From: Myxococcota bacterium
GTDB lineage: Bacteria > Myxococcota_A > UBA9160 > JAFDDA01
DNA: 64,000 nucleotides
NCBI GenBank assembly: GCA_965228475.1
Contig: OZ245817.1
Coordinates: 2,720,001 to 2,784,000, forward strand
Direction of reading: 5' to 3'
The notes beneath the pieces are model-generated. The model searched no databases. It saw nothing but the letters and a program-made list of their open reading frames with translations, and was not told the DNA's origin. How positions within the stretch are numbered: position 1 is the stretch's first letter; the number at the start of each line of letters is the position of its first letter. Made by a program: the position numbers and the translations under genes. Below are positions 8,836 to 18,704 of this stretch, piece by piece.

Positions 8836-10446
8836 TCACGAGAGCTGGCGCTTCAGCACCTTTCCGGTGGGGTTTCGCGGAAGCGCGTCGAGAAACACGA
8901 TTTCACGCGGGACCTTGTAGCGGGCGAGGTTCTCCTTGACGTGGGCCTTGAGCGCCGCCTCGTCGGCCTGCGCGCCCTCCTTCAGGACGACGAAGCCCTT
9001 GAGTCGCTGTCCGAACTCGTCGTCCGGAACGCCGATCACCGCCGCCTCGACGACGTCGCCGTGGTCGGACAGCAGGTCCTCGACCTCGCGCGGGAAGACG
9101 TTCTCGCCCCCCGAGACGATCATGTCGTCGTCGCGTCCATCGACGAACAGGCGCCCGTCCTCGTCGAAGTGACCGACGTCGCCGCTCGACATCAGCCCGT
9201 CGATCACCTCCTTGTTGCCTCCGCCGGTGTAGCCCTCGAACTGGTTCCCGTTGGCGACGAAGATGCGGCCGGTCTGGCCCCGGGGCACTTCCTTGCCCTG
9301 GTCGTCGAGAATGCGGACGGTGACCCCGCGCGGCGGGCGGCCTGCCGTCCCCGGCGCGGCGCGCAGCTCGTCGGGCATGGCGATCGAGGCCTGGGCGACC
9401 TCGGTCGAGCCGTAGAAGTTGTAGATGTTGTCGCCGAAGGTATCCATCCAGCGCAGGGCGAGTTCGCCGGGAAGGGCCGAACCGCTGGCGCAGACCAGCT
9501 CCACCGAGGACGTGTCGTAGCGGTTGATGACGTCCGGCCCGAGCTCGAGGATGCGCTGCATCATCACGGGCACGACGGCCATGACCTCGGGGCGAAGCTC
9601 CTGGATCGCCGCGAGCGTCCCCTCCGGATCGAACTTCCTCCGCATGCAGATCGTGCTGCCGAGCTGGGCGCCGATCATCAGGTGGAAGCCGCCCCAGGAA
9701 TGGAAGGCCGGCGCCACGATCAGCGCGCGCGTCCCGGTGCGCAGGGGCATCCGCCCGAAGAGCCCGACGAGGCTGTCGATGCCCTGGGACTTCACGGTGC
9801 GCTGAGCGCCCTTGGGCGTGCCCGTCGTCCCGGAGGTCAGCACCGTCACGCGGCCCTGCTGGGGCGGCGCGTCGAGCGGGGAGTCGTCGTGCTGCGCGGC
9901 GAGTTCGGCCAGCGTCGGCTCTTCCGAGGCCGACGTCGAATGGGTGATGAAGCGCAGCAGGTGACTGGCGCCCTCCTCCACCATGGGCCGGAACTCCTCG
10001 TCGTAGAGGATGACCTGGGTGCCCTCCCGCTTGCAGACCTCCGCGAGCTGGGGCGCGGCGAAGCCCGTGTTCAGGAGCAGCGTGTTCGCACCGATCTTGT
10101 CCATCGCACATTGGGCCTGGACGAAGCCGCGGTGGTTCCGCGCGAACAGGCCCACGCCGTCGCCGGGCTTCACGCCGGCCTTCATGAGCGCGCGCGCGAT
10201 GGCGTTGGTCGAGCGGTCGAGCTCGCCGAAGGTGATGCTGCCCTCTTCGTCGATCACCGCCTCGCGGTCGGGCTCCCGCTGGGCCGCGGCATGGAACCCC
10301 GCGGCCGCGGTGGTGCCGTATTTGCGGACGGCCGGGCCGACGGTCCGCAGGAAGCTCGGGGACAGGAACCCCGAACCGCCGAGCACCTGAAACACCTCCG
10401 CTGCGCGGCGCAGCGGCCCACCCTGACCGGTCCCTCGTAGACTCAT
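8836..10446 (-). CDS. Acyl-CoA synthetase (AMP-binding, FadD-like)
   Basis: TSGTTGTPKG, YGSTE, SGDVG, GGENVFPREVE and PTGKV motifs. Confidence 0.92.
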   Translation of the reverse strand: MSLRGTGQGGPLRRAAEVFQVLGGSGFLSPSFLRTVGPAVRKYGTTAAAGFHAAAQREPDREAVIDEEGSITFGELDRSTNAIARALMKAGVKPGDGVGLFARNHRGFVQAQCAMDKIGANTLLLNTGFAAPQLAEVCKREGTQVILYDEEFRPMVEEGASHLLRFITHSTSASEEPTLAELAAQHDDSPLDAPPQQGRVTVLTSGTTGTPKGAQRTVKSQGIDSLVGLFGRMPLRTGTRALIVAPAFHSWGGFHLMIGAQLGSTICMRRKFDPEGTLAAIQELRPEVMAVVPVMMQRILELGPDVINRYDTSSVELVCASGSALPGELALRWMDTFGDNIYNFYGSTEVAQASIAMPDELRAAPGTAGRPPRGVTVRILDDQGKEVPRGQTGRIFVANGNQFEGYTGGGNKEVIDGLMSSGDVGHFDEDGRLFVDGRDDDMIVSGGENVFPREVEDLLSDHGDVVEAAVIGVPDDEFGQRLKGFVVLKEGAQADEAALKAHVKENLARYKVPREIVFLDALPRNPTGKVLKRQLS

Positions 10447-10545
10447 GCTGGTGTTTTACTTCAGGCCCGCCGTGGGGTCGAGCACGATCGGCCCGGCGCC
10501 CCCCGAACCGCCCCGAGCGAGTAGACTGGCGCTCCCGGAGGCCCC

Positions 10546-11676
10546 ATGGACCACCCCGTGATCTCGGCCGATTCCCACATCACCGAGCCCCCGAACACCT
10601 ACCTCGACTTCATCGATGCCCGCTGGAAGGACAAGGCCCCGCGCATGGAGGCCCTCGGCGCCATCGGGGACGCCTTCGTGATCGACGGGCTCCCGAAGCC
10701 CGTTCCCATGGGCCTCGTGGCGGCGGCGGGGAAGCCGGCCGAGGAGATCCGCATCACCGGGAGCCGCTTCGCAGACCTCCACCGCGGCGGCTGGGACCCG
10801 GAGGCCCGCATGGCCGACCAGGAGCGCGACGGCGTCGCCGCCGAGATCATCTACCCGACCGTGGGGATGGTGCTCTGCAACCACCGCGACTTCGACTACA
10901 AGCAGGCCTGCATGGAGGCCTACAACCGCTGGCTCGCCGAGTACTGCGCCGCGCACCCCGAGCGCCTGCTCGGCTGCGGTCAGACCGCCATGCGAAGCCC
11001 GGAGGACGGCATCCGGGATCTCGAGACGATCGCCGCCCTCGGACTGCGCGGCGTGATGATGCCGGGCGAGCCCGCCGTCGAGGACTACGACTCCCCCCGC
11101 TACGACGCCTTCTGGGAGAAGGCCATCGAGCTCGGCCTCCCGCTCTCCTTCCACATCCTGACCGGGGCGGACAACTTCAAGACGCGCGGCCCGAAGATGA
11201 ACGGCTTCCTTTCGATCATCCGCGGCTGCCAGGACATCATGGGGACGGTGATCCTCGGCGGCGTCTTCGAGCGCCACCCGGCCCTGCGCGTCGTCTGCGT
11301 CGAAGCCGATGCCGGCTGGGTACCCCACTACATGTACCGGATGGACCACGCCTACAAGCGTCACCGCAACTGGCTGCCCGCGGGTCAGGAGCTCTCGCGC
11401 CTGCCGAGCGAGTACTTCGCCGAGCACATCTACACGACCTTCCAGGACGACTGGGTCGCCTTCCAGAGCGCCGACATGATGAACTGGCGCCGCTTGCTCT
11501 GGGCGAACGACTTCCCCCACAGCGACTCGACGTGGCCCGACTCCCAGGCGATGCTCGCGGAGCACGGCCAACACCTCCGCCCCGAGCAGCGCCGCGCAAT
11601 CCTGTGCGACAACACCGCCGCGCTCTACGGCATCGACCCGGCCGCGCTCGCCACGCAGAAGGAAGGACACGCATGA
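10546..11676 (+). CDS. Amidohydrolase_2 family protein
   Basis: ADSHITEP, FHI and WANDFPHSDSTWP motifs; GGAGG SD. Confidence 0.9.
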   Translation: MDHPVISADSHITEPPNTYLDFIDARWKDKAPRMEALGAIGDAFVIDGLPKPVPMGLVAAAGKPAEEIRITGSRFADLHRGGWDPEARMADQERDGVAAEIIYPTVGMVLCNHRDFDYKQACMEAYNRWLAEYCAAHPERLLGCGQTAMRSPEDGIRDLETIAALGLRGVMMPGEPAVEDYDSPRYDAFWEKAIELGLPLSFHILTGADNFKTRGPKMNGFLSIIRGCQDIMGTVILGGVFERHPALRVVCVEADAGWVPHYMYRMDHAYKRHRNWLPAGQELSRLPSEYFAEHIYTTFQDDWVAFQSADMMNWRRLLWANDFPHSDSTWPDSQAMLAEHGQHLRPEQRRAILCDNTAALYGIDPAALATQKEGHA

Positions 11677-12275
11677 CCGCAGCCACCCCGGACGAAGCCA
11701 GCGCCCCCGCCGACGCGATCCCGCTCGGCACCCTCGCCCGGCGCGACGGCCTCGCGGCCCTGGGTCTTCTTTCGGCCTTCGCGGCCGCCGACGCCTGGCA
11801 CGCGGCGACAAGCCTCCGCATCGCCTCGCTCCTGACCACGCTGAACGGGATCGCCGCGGGCATCCTGCTCGGCGGCCTCGCCCATGAGTGGGGACACTTC
11901 GCCGGGGCGCGCTTCTCCGGGGCCGCCGCACCGACCAAGAAGGGCCGACTCTTCCAGTTCATCTTCGACTTCGATCTCCAGAAGAACTCCGAGCGCGCCT
12001 TCCGGGCCATGAGCTTCGGGGGGAACCTCGGCCACTGGGCCTTCGTGGCGCTCCTCGCCCTGGCCCTGCCCCTCGACACGCCGGGCCGCTGCGCCCTGCT
12101 CGCTTCGGCGTTCGGCGTGGCGCTGGCGGCGAGCGTGACCGAGTTCCCGATCCTGCAGCGGAGCTACGCGGGCGCCACGCCGGCCGAGAGCTTCCGCGGA
12201 CTCAGCGCCGCCAGCCTGAGCCGCGACCGCTGGATCGGCGCCGCGGCGGGCGTCGCCCTCTTCCTGATCCTCTAG
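11673..12275 (+). CDS. Membrane protein with an HExxH motif
   Basis: ATGA overlap with the amidohydrolase stop; several TM helices; LAHEWGHF. Confidence 0.7.
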   Translation: MTAATPDEASAPADAIPLGTLARRDGLAALGLLSAFAAADAWHAATSLRIASLLTTLNGIAAGILLGGLAHEWGHFAGARFSGAAAPTKKGRLFQFIFDFDLQKNSERAFRAMSFGGNLGHWAFVALLALALPLDTPGRCALLASAFGVALAASVTEFPILQRSYAGATPAESFRGLSAASLSRDRWIGAAAGVALFLIL

Positions 12276-13108
12276 GCGCGGCGGCGCTCTCGGGGCACGG
12301 CGGCCACGGCCAGGACCAGGAGCCACACCAGGGACGGCTCGGGCACGGCGCGGTAGACCCGGACCCAATCGACCGTCATGCGCGCCGCGCTCTCCTCGCG
12401 GGCGCCGAAGCCTCCGCTCGGTACGGTGTTGATCAGGCTGCTCTCGACCTCGGAGCTCAGGATCATGTACTGGGCGCGCTGGGAGATCGGCTGGTCCGAC
12501 GCGTCCCAGACGAGCGCGTCGTCCACGTAGAACCGCAGCACCGTCGGCGTCCACTCGAGCGCGAAGGTGTGGAAGCCCTCGGCCAGGGCGGGCATCGACG
12601 TCGGCTGCACGACGAACTGATGGTCCGCGCCGTAGCCGTCCCAGTGGAGCCCGCCGTTCCAGATCGGTTCGCTGCCCACGGTGGTGAAGAGGTCGAACTC
12701 GACGATGTCCATCTCGACCCCGGCCCGCTCCGGGTCGCCGATGAACTGTCCCATGTCCGGGCTTTGCAGCCAGAAGGCCGACCACATGCCCGGCATGTCG
12801 TCGAACTCGATGCGCGCCTCCCACCAGCCGTAGCGCTGCTCGAAGAGGCCCTGGGTCCCGATCATGCCGGTGTAGTGGACGCCGCCTTCGGTCCAGGTGT
12901 CGATCGTCAGGTGGCCGCCGCCCACCTGCACCGCCTCGGGGACGTTCACGGCGTCCCGGCGCGGCCCGGGCAGGCGCTGGCTCCAGATCGAGGCGTCGAG
13001 CGCCGTGCCGTCGAAGTCGTCGGCGAGGACGAGTTCGTAGCCCGCGGGCACCGCCCCCGCGGCGCGGGCGAATCCGACCAGGAGGAGCAGCAGGAGCACG
13101 CGGCGCAT
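12272..13108 (-). CDS. GH16 glycoside hydrolase with PEP-CTERM anchor
   Basis: Signal peptide; WSAFW and EMDIVE (ExDxxE) catalytic motif; C-terminal VPEP-TM-RERRR. Confidence 0.9.
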   Translation of the reverse strand: MRRVLLLLLLVGFARAAGAVPAGYELVLADDFDGTALDASIWSQRLPGPRRDAVNVPEAVQVGGGHLTIDTWTEGGVHYTGMIGTQGLFEQRYGWWEARIEFDDMPGMWSAFWLQSPDMGQFIGDPERAGVEMDIVEFDLFTTVGSEPIWNGGLHWDGYGADHQFVVQPTSMPALAEGFHTFALEWTPTVLRFYVDDALVWDASDQPISQRAQYMILSSEVESSLINTVPSGGFGAREESAARMTVDWVRVYRAVPEPSLVWLLVLAVAAVPRERRRA

Positions 13109-13169
13109 GCCGGGGAGTGTCCTCGAGGCGCCAGCGGGTGGCAAACGCGGGCGGGCCCGGGCGAGGCTA

Positions 13170-13898
13170 CTAGGCGGCGCCCGGGCGGCTCTCCACCATC
13201 AGGTCGTAGACCCGGCCGTGGGCATCGGAGCGGATCGCCTCGGCCATCATGCCGTCGCGGTCGCACTCCCGTGCCGCCGCGACCAGCCGCTCGAAGACCC
13301 GGATGAAGTTCGCGGAGTGCCGCGTCCGGACCTCGGTGCTCCAGAAGAGCTCCCCGGCATCCTCGCCCCGGAACACCAGGGCCATCATCAGCCGGCTGAA
13401 CGTCGAGTGGTCACCCTGCCCGATCTGCGCCCAGAGCTCGGCCGTCGCCTCGTTGGGGTTCGCATCCCCCTGGCTCGACATCCAGAGGAAGCCCGTGATC
13501 ACGCCGAGCTGGTTGGTCACCATGCGGGCGACCTCCATGAACGTATCCTGGCGCGCGTGCATCTCGTTCGCGGCGATGGCCCGGGCCTGGATCTCCGCCT
13601 GCTCCGCGCTCCGCTGCAGAGCCTCGTACTGCTTGCGGATGGCGAGGGTGTTCTCCGAGAGCTGCCGCTGCTGGAGGAAGAAGCCGATCACCAGCCAGAG
13701 GAACGCGAGCGGGGCGAAGGCACCTTCGAGGAACCCGCCGAGATCCGGCGCCGGCTGACGGGCGAAGTCGAGCCAGCCCACGACGTTCGCGATGTAGAGG
13801 AAGCCCAGCAGGATCCACACGAGCGTGACGCCGAGACCGAGGGAGAGCCGCCAGTCCCGCTCCTCTTCGCCCGAGACCTCGACGGCCCGTTCGCTCAT
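13170..13898 (-). CDS. Hypothetical membrane protein with a coiled coil
   Basis: Two TM helices; LGGFLEGAFAPLAFLWLVIGFFLQQ followed by a coiled coil. Confidence 0.75.
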   Translation of the reverse strand: MSERAVEVSGEEERDWRLSLGLGVTLVWILLGFLYIANVVGWLDFARQPAPDLGGFLEGAFAPLAFLWLVIGFFLQQRQLSENTLAIRKQYEALQRSAEQAEIQARAIAANEMHARQDTFMEVARMVTNQLGVITGFLWMSSQGDANPNEATAELWAQIGQGDHSTFSRLMMALVFRGEDAGELFWSTEVRTRHSANFIRVFERLVAAARECDRDGMMAEAIRSDAHGRVYDLMVESRPGAA

Positions 13899-13960
13899 CC
13901 GATCCTCCCGGCGCCGGCGCATCCGCAGACGCGTCGTGACGCGGAAGAACGCTAACGGGT

Positions 13961-15838
13961 TCAGTCGAGGATTCGCCAGACCGCCGAGGCGCAGAACACG
14001 GCGAGCAGGTCCTCGTCGACCCGGCCTCGCTCGGCCTCGGCGTGGAGGATGTCGAGGGCCCTCTCGCGGGGCAGCGCGCGCTTGTAGGGCCGGTCGGCGG
14101 CGGTGAGCGCGTCGTAGATGTCGGCGATCGTGAGCATCCGGGCTTCGATCGGGATTTCGCCCCCGGCCAGTCCGCGGGGGTAGCCCGAGCCGTCGAGCTT
14201 CTCGTGGTGCGCCGAGGCGATCGCGTCCACGCGCCCGAGGTCGCGCGTCCAGGGGATCTGCGCGAGGAAGCGGTGGGTGTAGAGCACGTGGGATTGGATG
14301 GCCTCGCGCTCCTCCTCCGTGAGGCTCCCGCGCTCGACGGAGAGGAAGGCGACGTCGGTCTCCTCGAGCAGCGAGACCATCTGGCCGTCGGCGCCCACGA
14401 GCCGGTGGCGCGCGACCTCGGCGAGCTCGGCCGGGGCCTCGTCGGGCAGCACCCGGGGCTCGTTCGCCCGGGCCACCGCGGCCTGGAAGCGCGAGAGCTT
14501 TTCCCTCTCGTTTTCGCGGACTTGCTCGAGGTTCTTCTCGAACAGCTCGAAGCCGGCCTCGCCGCACTCGAGCAGGTAGCGGGCGCGCTCCCGCTGAAGG
14601 TTCGTCTCGAGGATCTCCGCCGCCTGTTCGAAGCGCGCGGCCACCCGGACCTCGCGGTCGCGCGGGAGCTTGCGGTCCTTCCCGAGCACGGCCTCCGGGA
14701 CGAAGACCTTCCCGAAGTCGTGGAGCAGCGCCGCGTAGCGCAGCTCCCGAAGCGCCTCGCGTCCGAAGGAGAGCCCGCCGAAGACGCGGCTTCCGCTGCG
14801 GTCCACGCGCCGGGCGAGCTCGCAGGTCATGTCCGCGACCCGCGCAGAGTGGCCCGACGTCCCCGGATCGCGTTGGTCGATCGCCGAGACCGAGGCCCGG
14901 ATGAATCCTTCGAAGAGCGCCTCGATGTCCTGGCGCAGGCGCTGGTTGTCGAGGGCGACCGCGGCCTGGCCGCCGAGCGCGCGCGCGAGGCGTTCGTCGC
15001 GGTTGGTGTACGCCCCGGCCTTCGGGTTCAACAGCTGGAGGACGCCGACGGTCTCGCCCGTCGGTTCGACCATGGGCACGACCAGCACCGCTCCCGTCCG
15101 GTAGCCGTTGGCGACGTCGAAGCGCCGGTCGAAGCGGTACGGGGCGCCCTCCGGAATCGCGTAGGCATCGTCGATGCGAACGGTCTCCCCGGTCGTGGCG
15201 GCGTAGCCCGCGAAGCTCGCGCGATCGAGGGGGATCGCGAAGTCCGGCGGGTCGAGCCCGGGGAGCGAATCGTTCTGGGTGAGCCGGAAGCGCAGGCGAT
15301 CCTCGTCCACCAGGTAGAGGGTTCCGGCGTCGCTCGAGGTGATCCGCCGGGCCTCGCTCAGGATCTTCCCGAGCAGCTCCTCCGCCGCGCCGACCTTCAT
15401 CAGGGCCGCACCGATCTGGGCGAGGCTCTCGACGTCGCGGGCGGCGAGCTCGTGCCGCTTGCGGAGCTTCGCCATGGAGAGCTGGCTGCGCGCGTGAAGC
15501 AGCCCGGCTTCGATGCCCGCGTTCAGGACCTCGGCGTTGCTTCCAGCGGGGAGGACGAGGAAGAGGCGTCCCGCGGACCGAGCCAGGCGCTCTGCCGCGC
15601 CCCCCTCGGCCACCACCACGACGCCGGCCGGCAGGGCCTGGAGCCGCTCGCGGCCGGCGCCCTCGAGCAGGGTGTCGTCGAGCAGCAGCAGCGCGGCAGC
15701 GTCCTCCGCCGTGCGGATCTGGGCGAGCCGATCGATGACCTGCCAATCCGAGGCGGGCGACGCCTCGGCGGCCGAACCACCGCGGAGGACGTCGGCCCAC
15801 CGGGCGCTCGAGAAGATCTGGACGGACGGGCGCTCCAC
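13961..15838 (-). CDS. GAF + HD-GYP cyclic-dinucleotide phosphodiesterase
   Basis: GAF domain (YRTGAVLVVPM...GVLQLLN); HSARVA, LLHDFGK, HHEKLDGSGYP and ADIYDALT motifs; start uncertain. Confidence 0.88.
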   Translation of the reverse strand: MERPSVQIFSSARWADVLRGGSAAEASPASDWQVIDRLAQIRTAEDAAALLLLDDTLLEGAGRERLQALPAGVVVVAEGGAAERLARSAGRLFLVLPAGSNAEVLNAGIEAGLLHARSQLSMAKLRKRHELAARDVESLAQIGAALMKVGAAEELLGKILSEARRITSSDAGTLYLVDEDRLRFRLTQNDSLPGLDPPDFAIPLDRASFAGYAATTGETVRIDDAYAIPEGAPYRFDRRFDVANGYRTGAVLVVPMVEPTGETVGVLQLLNPKAGAYTNRDERLARALGGQAAVALDNQRLRQDIEALFEGFIRASVSAIDQRDPGTSGHSARVADMTCELARRVDRSGSRVFGGLSFGREALRELRYAALLHDFGKVFVPEAVLGKDRKLPRDREVRVAARFEQAAEILETNLQRERARYLLECGEAGFELFEKNLEQVRENEREKLSRFQAAVARANEPRVLPDEAPAELAEVARHRLVGADGQMVSLLEETDVAFLSVERGSLTEEEREAIQSHVLYTHRFLAQIPWTRDLGRVDAIASAHHEKLDGSGYPRGLAGGEIPIEARMLTIADIYDALTAADRPYKRALPRERALDILHAEAERGRVDEDLLAVFCASAVWRILD

Positions 15839-15943
15839 GGACGCTCTTTCGGCGAGACGGAGGCGGTGCCTGAGGCGCCCTGCCCGCTCCCAGCGGCGGC
15901 CTCGGCGCTTGTTCCGACCGTTGCGCCGTGAGAGCATCCCGCG

Positions 15944-16567
15944 ATGCGAAAGAGCCTGCTCTGGGGCATTCCCGGCCTCTTCTACCTGGCGTTCTGCCTC
16001 TGGTACACCGACCTCGGCGGGCCTCTCGAACCGGAAGAAATCGCGCAGTTCGCGAGCGAGTTCGAAGCCCTCGGGCGCAGCCCGGAGCAGGTCGCGAGCG
16101 TGCGGCGCTTCATGGAGGAGGACACGGGCCGCCAGTTCCTCATGCTGAACGCGCTCGAACTGGCGGCGAACCCCACGCCGCCGCCCGGGGCCGCGCCGGA
16201 CGCGAGCGCCGAGGACCTGATGGCCCACTACATGGAGCACATGTTCCGGGAACTCCTCAGGCGCGCGTGCCACCCGGTGGTGGCCGGCGACGCCGTCCAC
16301 CCGGCGATGGACCTCGTCGGCATCGAGAACGGGGAAGACTGGAGCCTCGGCGCCCTCATGCGTTACCGCAGCCGGAGGTCGCTGATGGAGATCATCACCA
16401 TGCCGGAGACCCTCGAGCGTCACGACTTCAAGATCGCCGCGCTCGAGAAGACCATCGCCTACCCCGTCGAGACGCGGGTCTACCTGGGCGACCTCCGGGT
16501 CCTGCTCGGCCTCGCGCTGCTCTCGGGAACGGCGCTGCTCGACCTCGCGACGAGCCGGCGCCGGTAG
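15944..16567 (+). CDS. Hypothetical protein, possibly DUF1330-like, with terminal TM segments
   Basis: Protein-like ORF; FLMLNAL and WSLGALMRYRSRR. Confidence 0.7.
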   Translation: MRKSLLWGIPGLFYLAFCLWYTDLGGPLEPEEIAQFASEFEALGRSPEQVASVRRFMEEDTGRQFLMLNALELAANPTPPPGAAPDASAEDLMAHYMEHMFRELLRRACHPVVAGDAVHPAMDLVGIENGEDWSLGALMRYRSRRSLMEIITMPETLERHDFKIAALEKTIAYPVETRVYLGDLRVLLGLALLSGTALLDLATSRRR

Positions 16568-16577
16568 CCCGGCCCCC

Positions 16578-16650
16578 AGGACGCCGGGCGTTCCCCGGGC
16601 CCTAGGACGCCGGGCGTTCCCCGATCTCTCAGGACGCCGGGCGTTCGCCG
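16578..16650. repeat. Three direct repeats of AGGACGCCGGGCGTTC(C/G)CCG, period 26-27 nt
   Basis: Copies at 16578, 16604 and 16631; the third is the 3' end of the carotenoid oxygenase gene. Confidence 0.9.
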
Positions 16651-18101
16651 GCGTGCCAGAACGCGTGGGTGCCGCTGGCGATGCGCTCGGGCAGCGCCAC
16701 CTTCGCGACCGGGCCGGCCTCGGGCTGGGCGGCGTCGAAGATCCAGCAGGCGGAGCGGTCGTTCGGGACGTCCATGGTGAAGGTCACCAGATACCCATCG
16801 TCTTCGGCCCGGCTCCCGAGCCGCGGCGCCATCGCCGTTTCGCTCGCGTAGACGCCCTCGGGAAGCCGCACGACGGTCTCCGCGCCGGTCTCGTAGTCGC
16901 GCTTGATGATGCCCTCGAAGCCGAACCAGCCCTCGGCGGGCAGCGCGTTGTAGCTGTAGCGGTGGCGGCGGCCGCCGTAGCGGCCGTTGATCATCCCGAA
17001 CTCCTGGATGCGATCCGACAGGCGCTCTTCCTTCGTTTCCCCGGTGGCGAGATTGAACCGCCAGCGGTGGGCCCGCGCCTGCATGGAGTAGAGGTCGAGA
17101 TAGCGGAAGAGGTTCTGCTCGAAGCTCCAGCCCGGCACCCGCTGCGGGGACGGATCCGCCTGGAAGAACCCGTCGAGCACGACCTCGTCCCCATCTTCGT
17201 AGGCGTTCACCCAGTGGAGGACGAACGTGGGCTCGGCCTCGAACCAGCGGATCTCGTCGCTCCCCCCGCGCCGCGGGATCACGCCGAAGCGGGTCGGGAG
17301 CTCCGGGTAGAAGCGCGTGACGTGGTGGCCGCCCGCGAGCGCCTTCGGGTCCCAGAACATCGGGCAGTCGTTCACGATGGCGAAGCGCTCGGTGAAGGCC
17401 ATGTCGTGGGGAAGGCGCGGGCCGGGCAGCGGGACGTCGACGTAGTGGGCGAGCTGGCCCCGGGCGTCGAGGACGCCGTAGTGCATGTACGGCGCCTCGG
17501 TGCCGTAGTTGAAGAAGAGCATCTCGCCCGAGACTTCGTCGATCTTCGGGTGCGCCGAGACCCCCTCGGCCGGGAACCGGCCGCCGAAGTCGGCCTTGCC
17601 GGCGGGCTCGAGGCTCCACGGATCGAAGGCGTAGAGGTCGCCGCAGAGCCAGAAACTCGTGAGCGCCTGGCCGGCGTGCACGACGACGTCCGTGCTCGAG
17701 GCGTCCTTCATGTTGGGCCGCGCACCGAGCGTGCAGCTCCGCCGGGCCAGGCTCAGGTTCTCGGCCGCCCCGGCGTAGAGGGCGTGGCCGGCTTCGCGCT
17801 CGGCGCGGAAGCCGTCGGTCGGCACGAACCGGCTGCGGTAGACCGCCTCCCCGTCCGCGAAGGAGATGGCGTGGAGCAGCCCGTCCCCATCGAACGGGTG
17901 ATAGCGCTCGAGAGACGGGAGGAGCGGGTTCTCGGTGTTGCGCAGGTAGCAGCCCGCGAGGTCGTCCGGGATCTCGCCTTCGACCTCGAGGTCCCAGGCG
18001 TCGTATTCCTTCGACTGGGGCCGCCAGGCGCCGGTCCGGTACGGGTGGGTGTCGCCCTCGGGCAGGCCCGAGTCGAAGTGTTGGTGGACCTGGACCTTCA
18101 C
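16629..18101 (-). CDS. Carotenoid/stilbene cleavage oxygenase (RPE65 family)
   Basis: HPFDGDG motif; four Fe-binding His (SAHPK, PHDM, LHWVNAYE, GTHAFW). Confidence 0.92.
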   Translation of the reverse strand: MKVQVHQHFDSGLPEGDTHPYRTGAWRPQSKEYDAWDLEVEGEIPDDLAGCYLRNTENPLLPSLERYHPFDGDGLLHAISFADGEAVYRSRFVPTDGFRAEREAGHALYAGAAENLSLARRSCTLGARPNMKDASSTDVVVHAGQALTSFWLCGDLYAFDPWSLEPAGKADFGGRFPAEGVSAHPKIDEVSGEMLFFNYGTEAPYMHYGVLDARGQLAHYVDVPLPGPRLPHDMAFTERFAIVNDCPMFWDPKALAGGHHVTRFYPELPTRFGVIPRRGGSDEIRWFEAEPTFVLHWVNAYEDGDEVVLDGFFQADPSPQRVPGWSFEQNLFRYLDLYSMQARAHRWRFNLATGETKEERLSDRIQEFGMINGRYGGRRHRYSYNALPAEGWFGFEGIIKRDYETGAETVVRLPEGVYASETAMAPRLGSRAEDDGYLVTFTMDVPNDRSACWIFDAAQPEAGPVAKVALPERIASGTHAFWHAGERPAS

Positions 18102-18149
18102 GGCTGCCTCCTGGCCCCGGCCGCGGCATGGGCGGCGGGCCCGGACAGC

Positions 18150-18701
18150 CTACAGGAACTTCCGGGCCATGCTGAGCACGTCGTCGAGGGCGGAGCCGTC
18201 GCCGTCGGCGTCGAGGAAGCCCGAGAGCGCCTCGAGGCCCGACCCGCCGGAGGCCGCCGGCGAAGCCGCCTGCGGGAACCCTCCCCCGCCGCGCTGTTGC
18301 TGCTTGCTCAGCGCCCCCATCGCCATGGCGGCGACCATCGGGAGCATCTTCTTCAGCACGTCGCTTTGGAGGCCGCTCTGTTGGGCCGCGCGGCCCGCGA
18401 CGTTCCGGCTGACGTCCTTGCTGCCGAAGACGTGGCCGAGGACGGCGTTACCATCCGCGCGGGTGGCCGCATCGCCGAGCACCTGCGGCTCGTCGACGTA
18501 GCGCTGATGCTGGCCCGACCGGAGGGCACCGAGCAGAGACTCGAGCCCTCCCGGCCGTGCCGCATTCTTCTGCAGACCTCGCCCGAGCCCGGGCAGCAGC
18601 GCTTCGATTCCGGTCTGGGCTTCGCGGCGCCCGAGCCCGAGGCTCTCGGCAACCTGACCCACGAGCTCCGGATTCCCCAGGATCGTTTCGGCGAGGTTCA
18701 T
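18150..18701 (-). CDS. DUF937 family protein
   Basis: GNAVLGHVFG, KKMLPMVA and FLDADGDGS..DD motifs. Confidence 0.85.
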   Translation of the reverse strand: MNLAETILGNPELVGQVAESLGLGRREAQTGIEALLPGLGRGLQKNAARPGGLESLLGALRSGQHQRYVDEPQVLGDAATRADGNAVLGHVFGSKDVSRNVAGRAAQQSGLQSDVLKKMLPMVAAMAMGALSKQQQRGGGGFPQAASPAASGGSGLEALSGFLDADGDGSALDDVLSMARKFL

Positions 18702-18704
18702 GAG

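Noticed and set aside
16578..16650. Mini CRISPR array
   Set aside because: Spacers are only 6-7 nt, the unit overlaps a coding end, and there are no cas genes.
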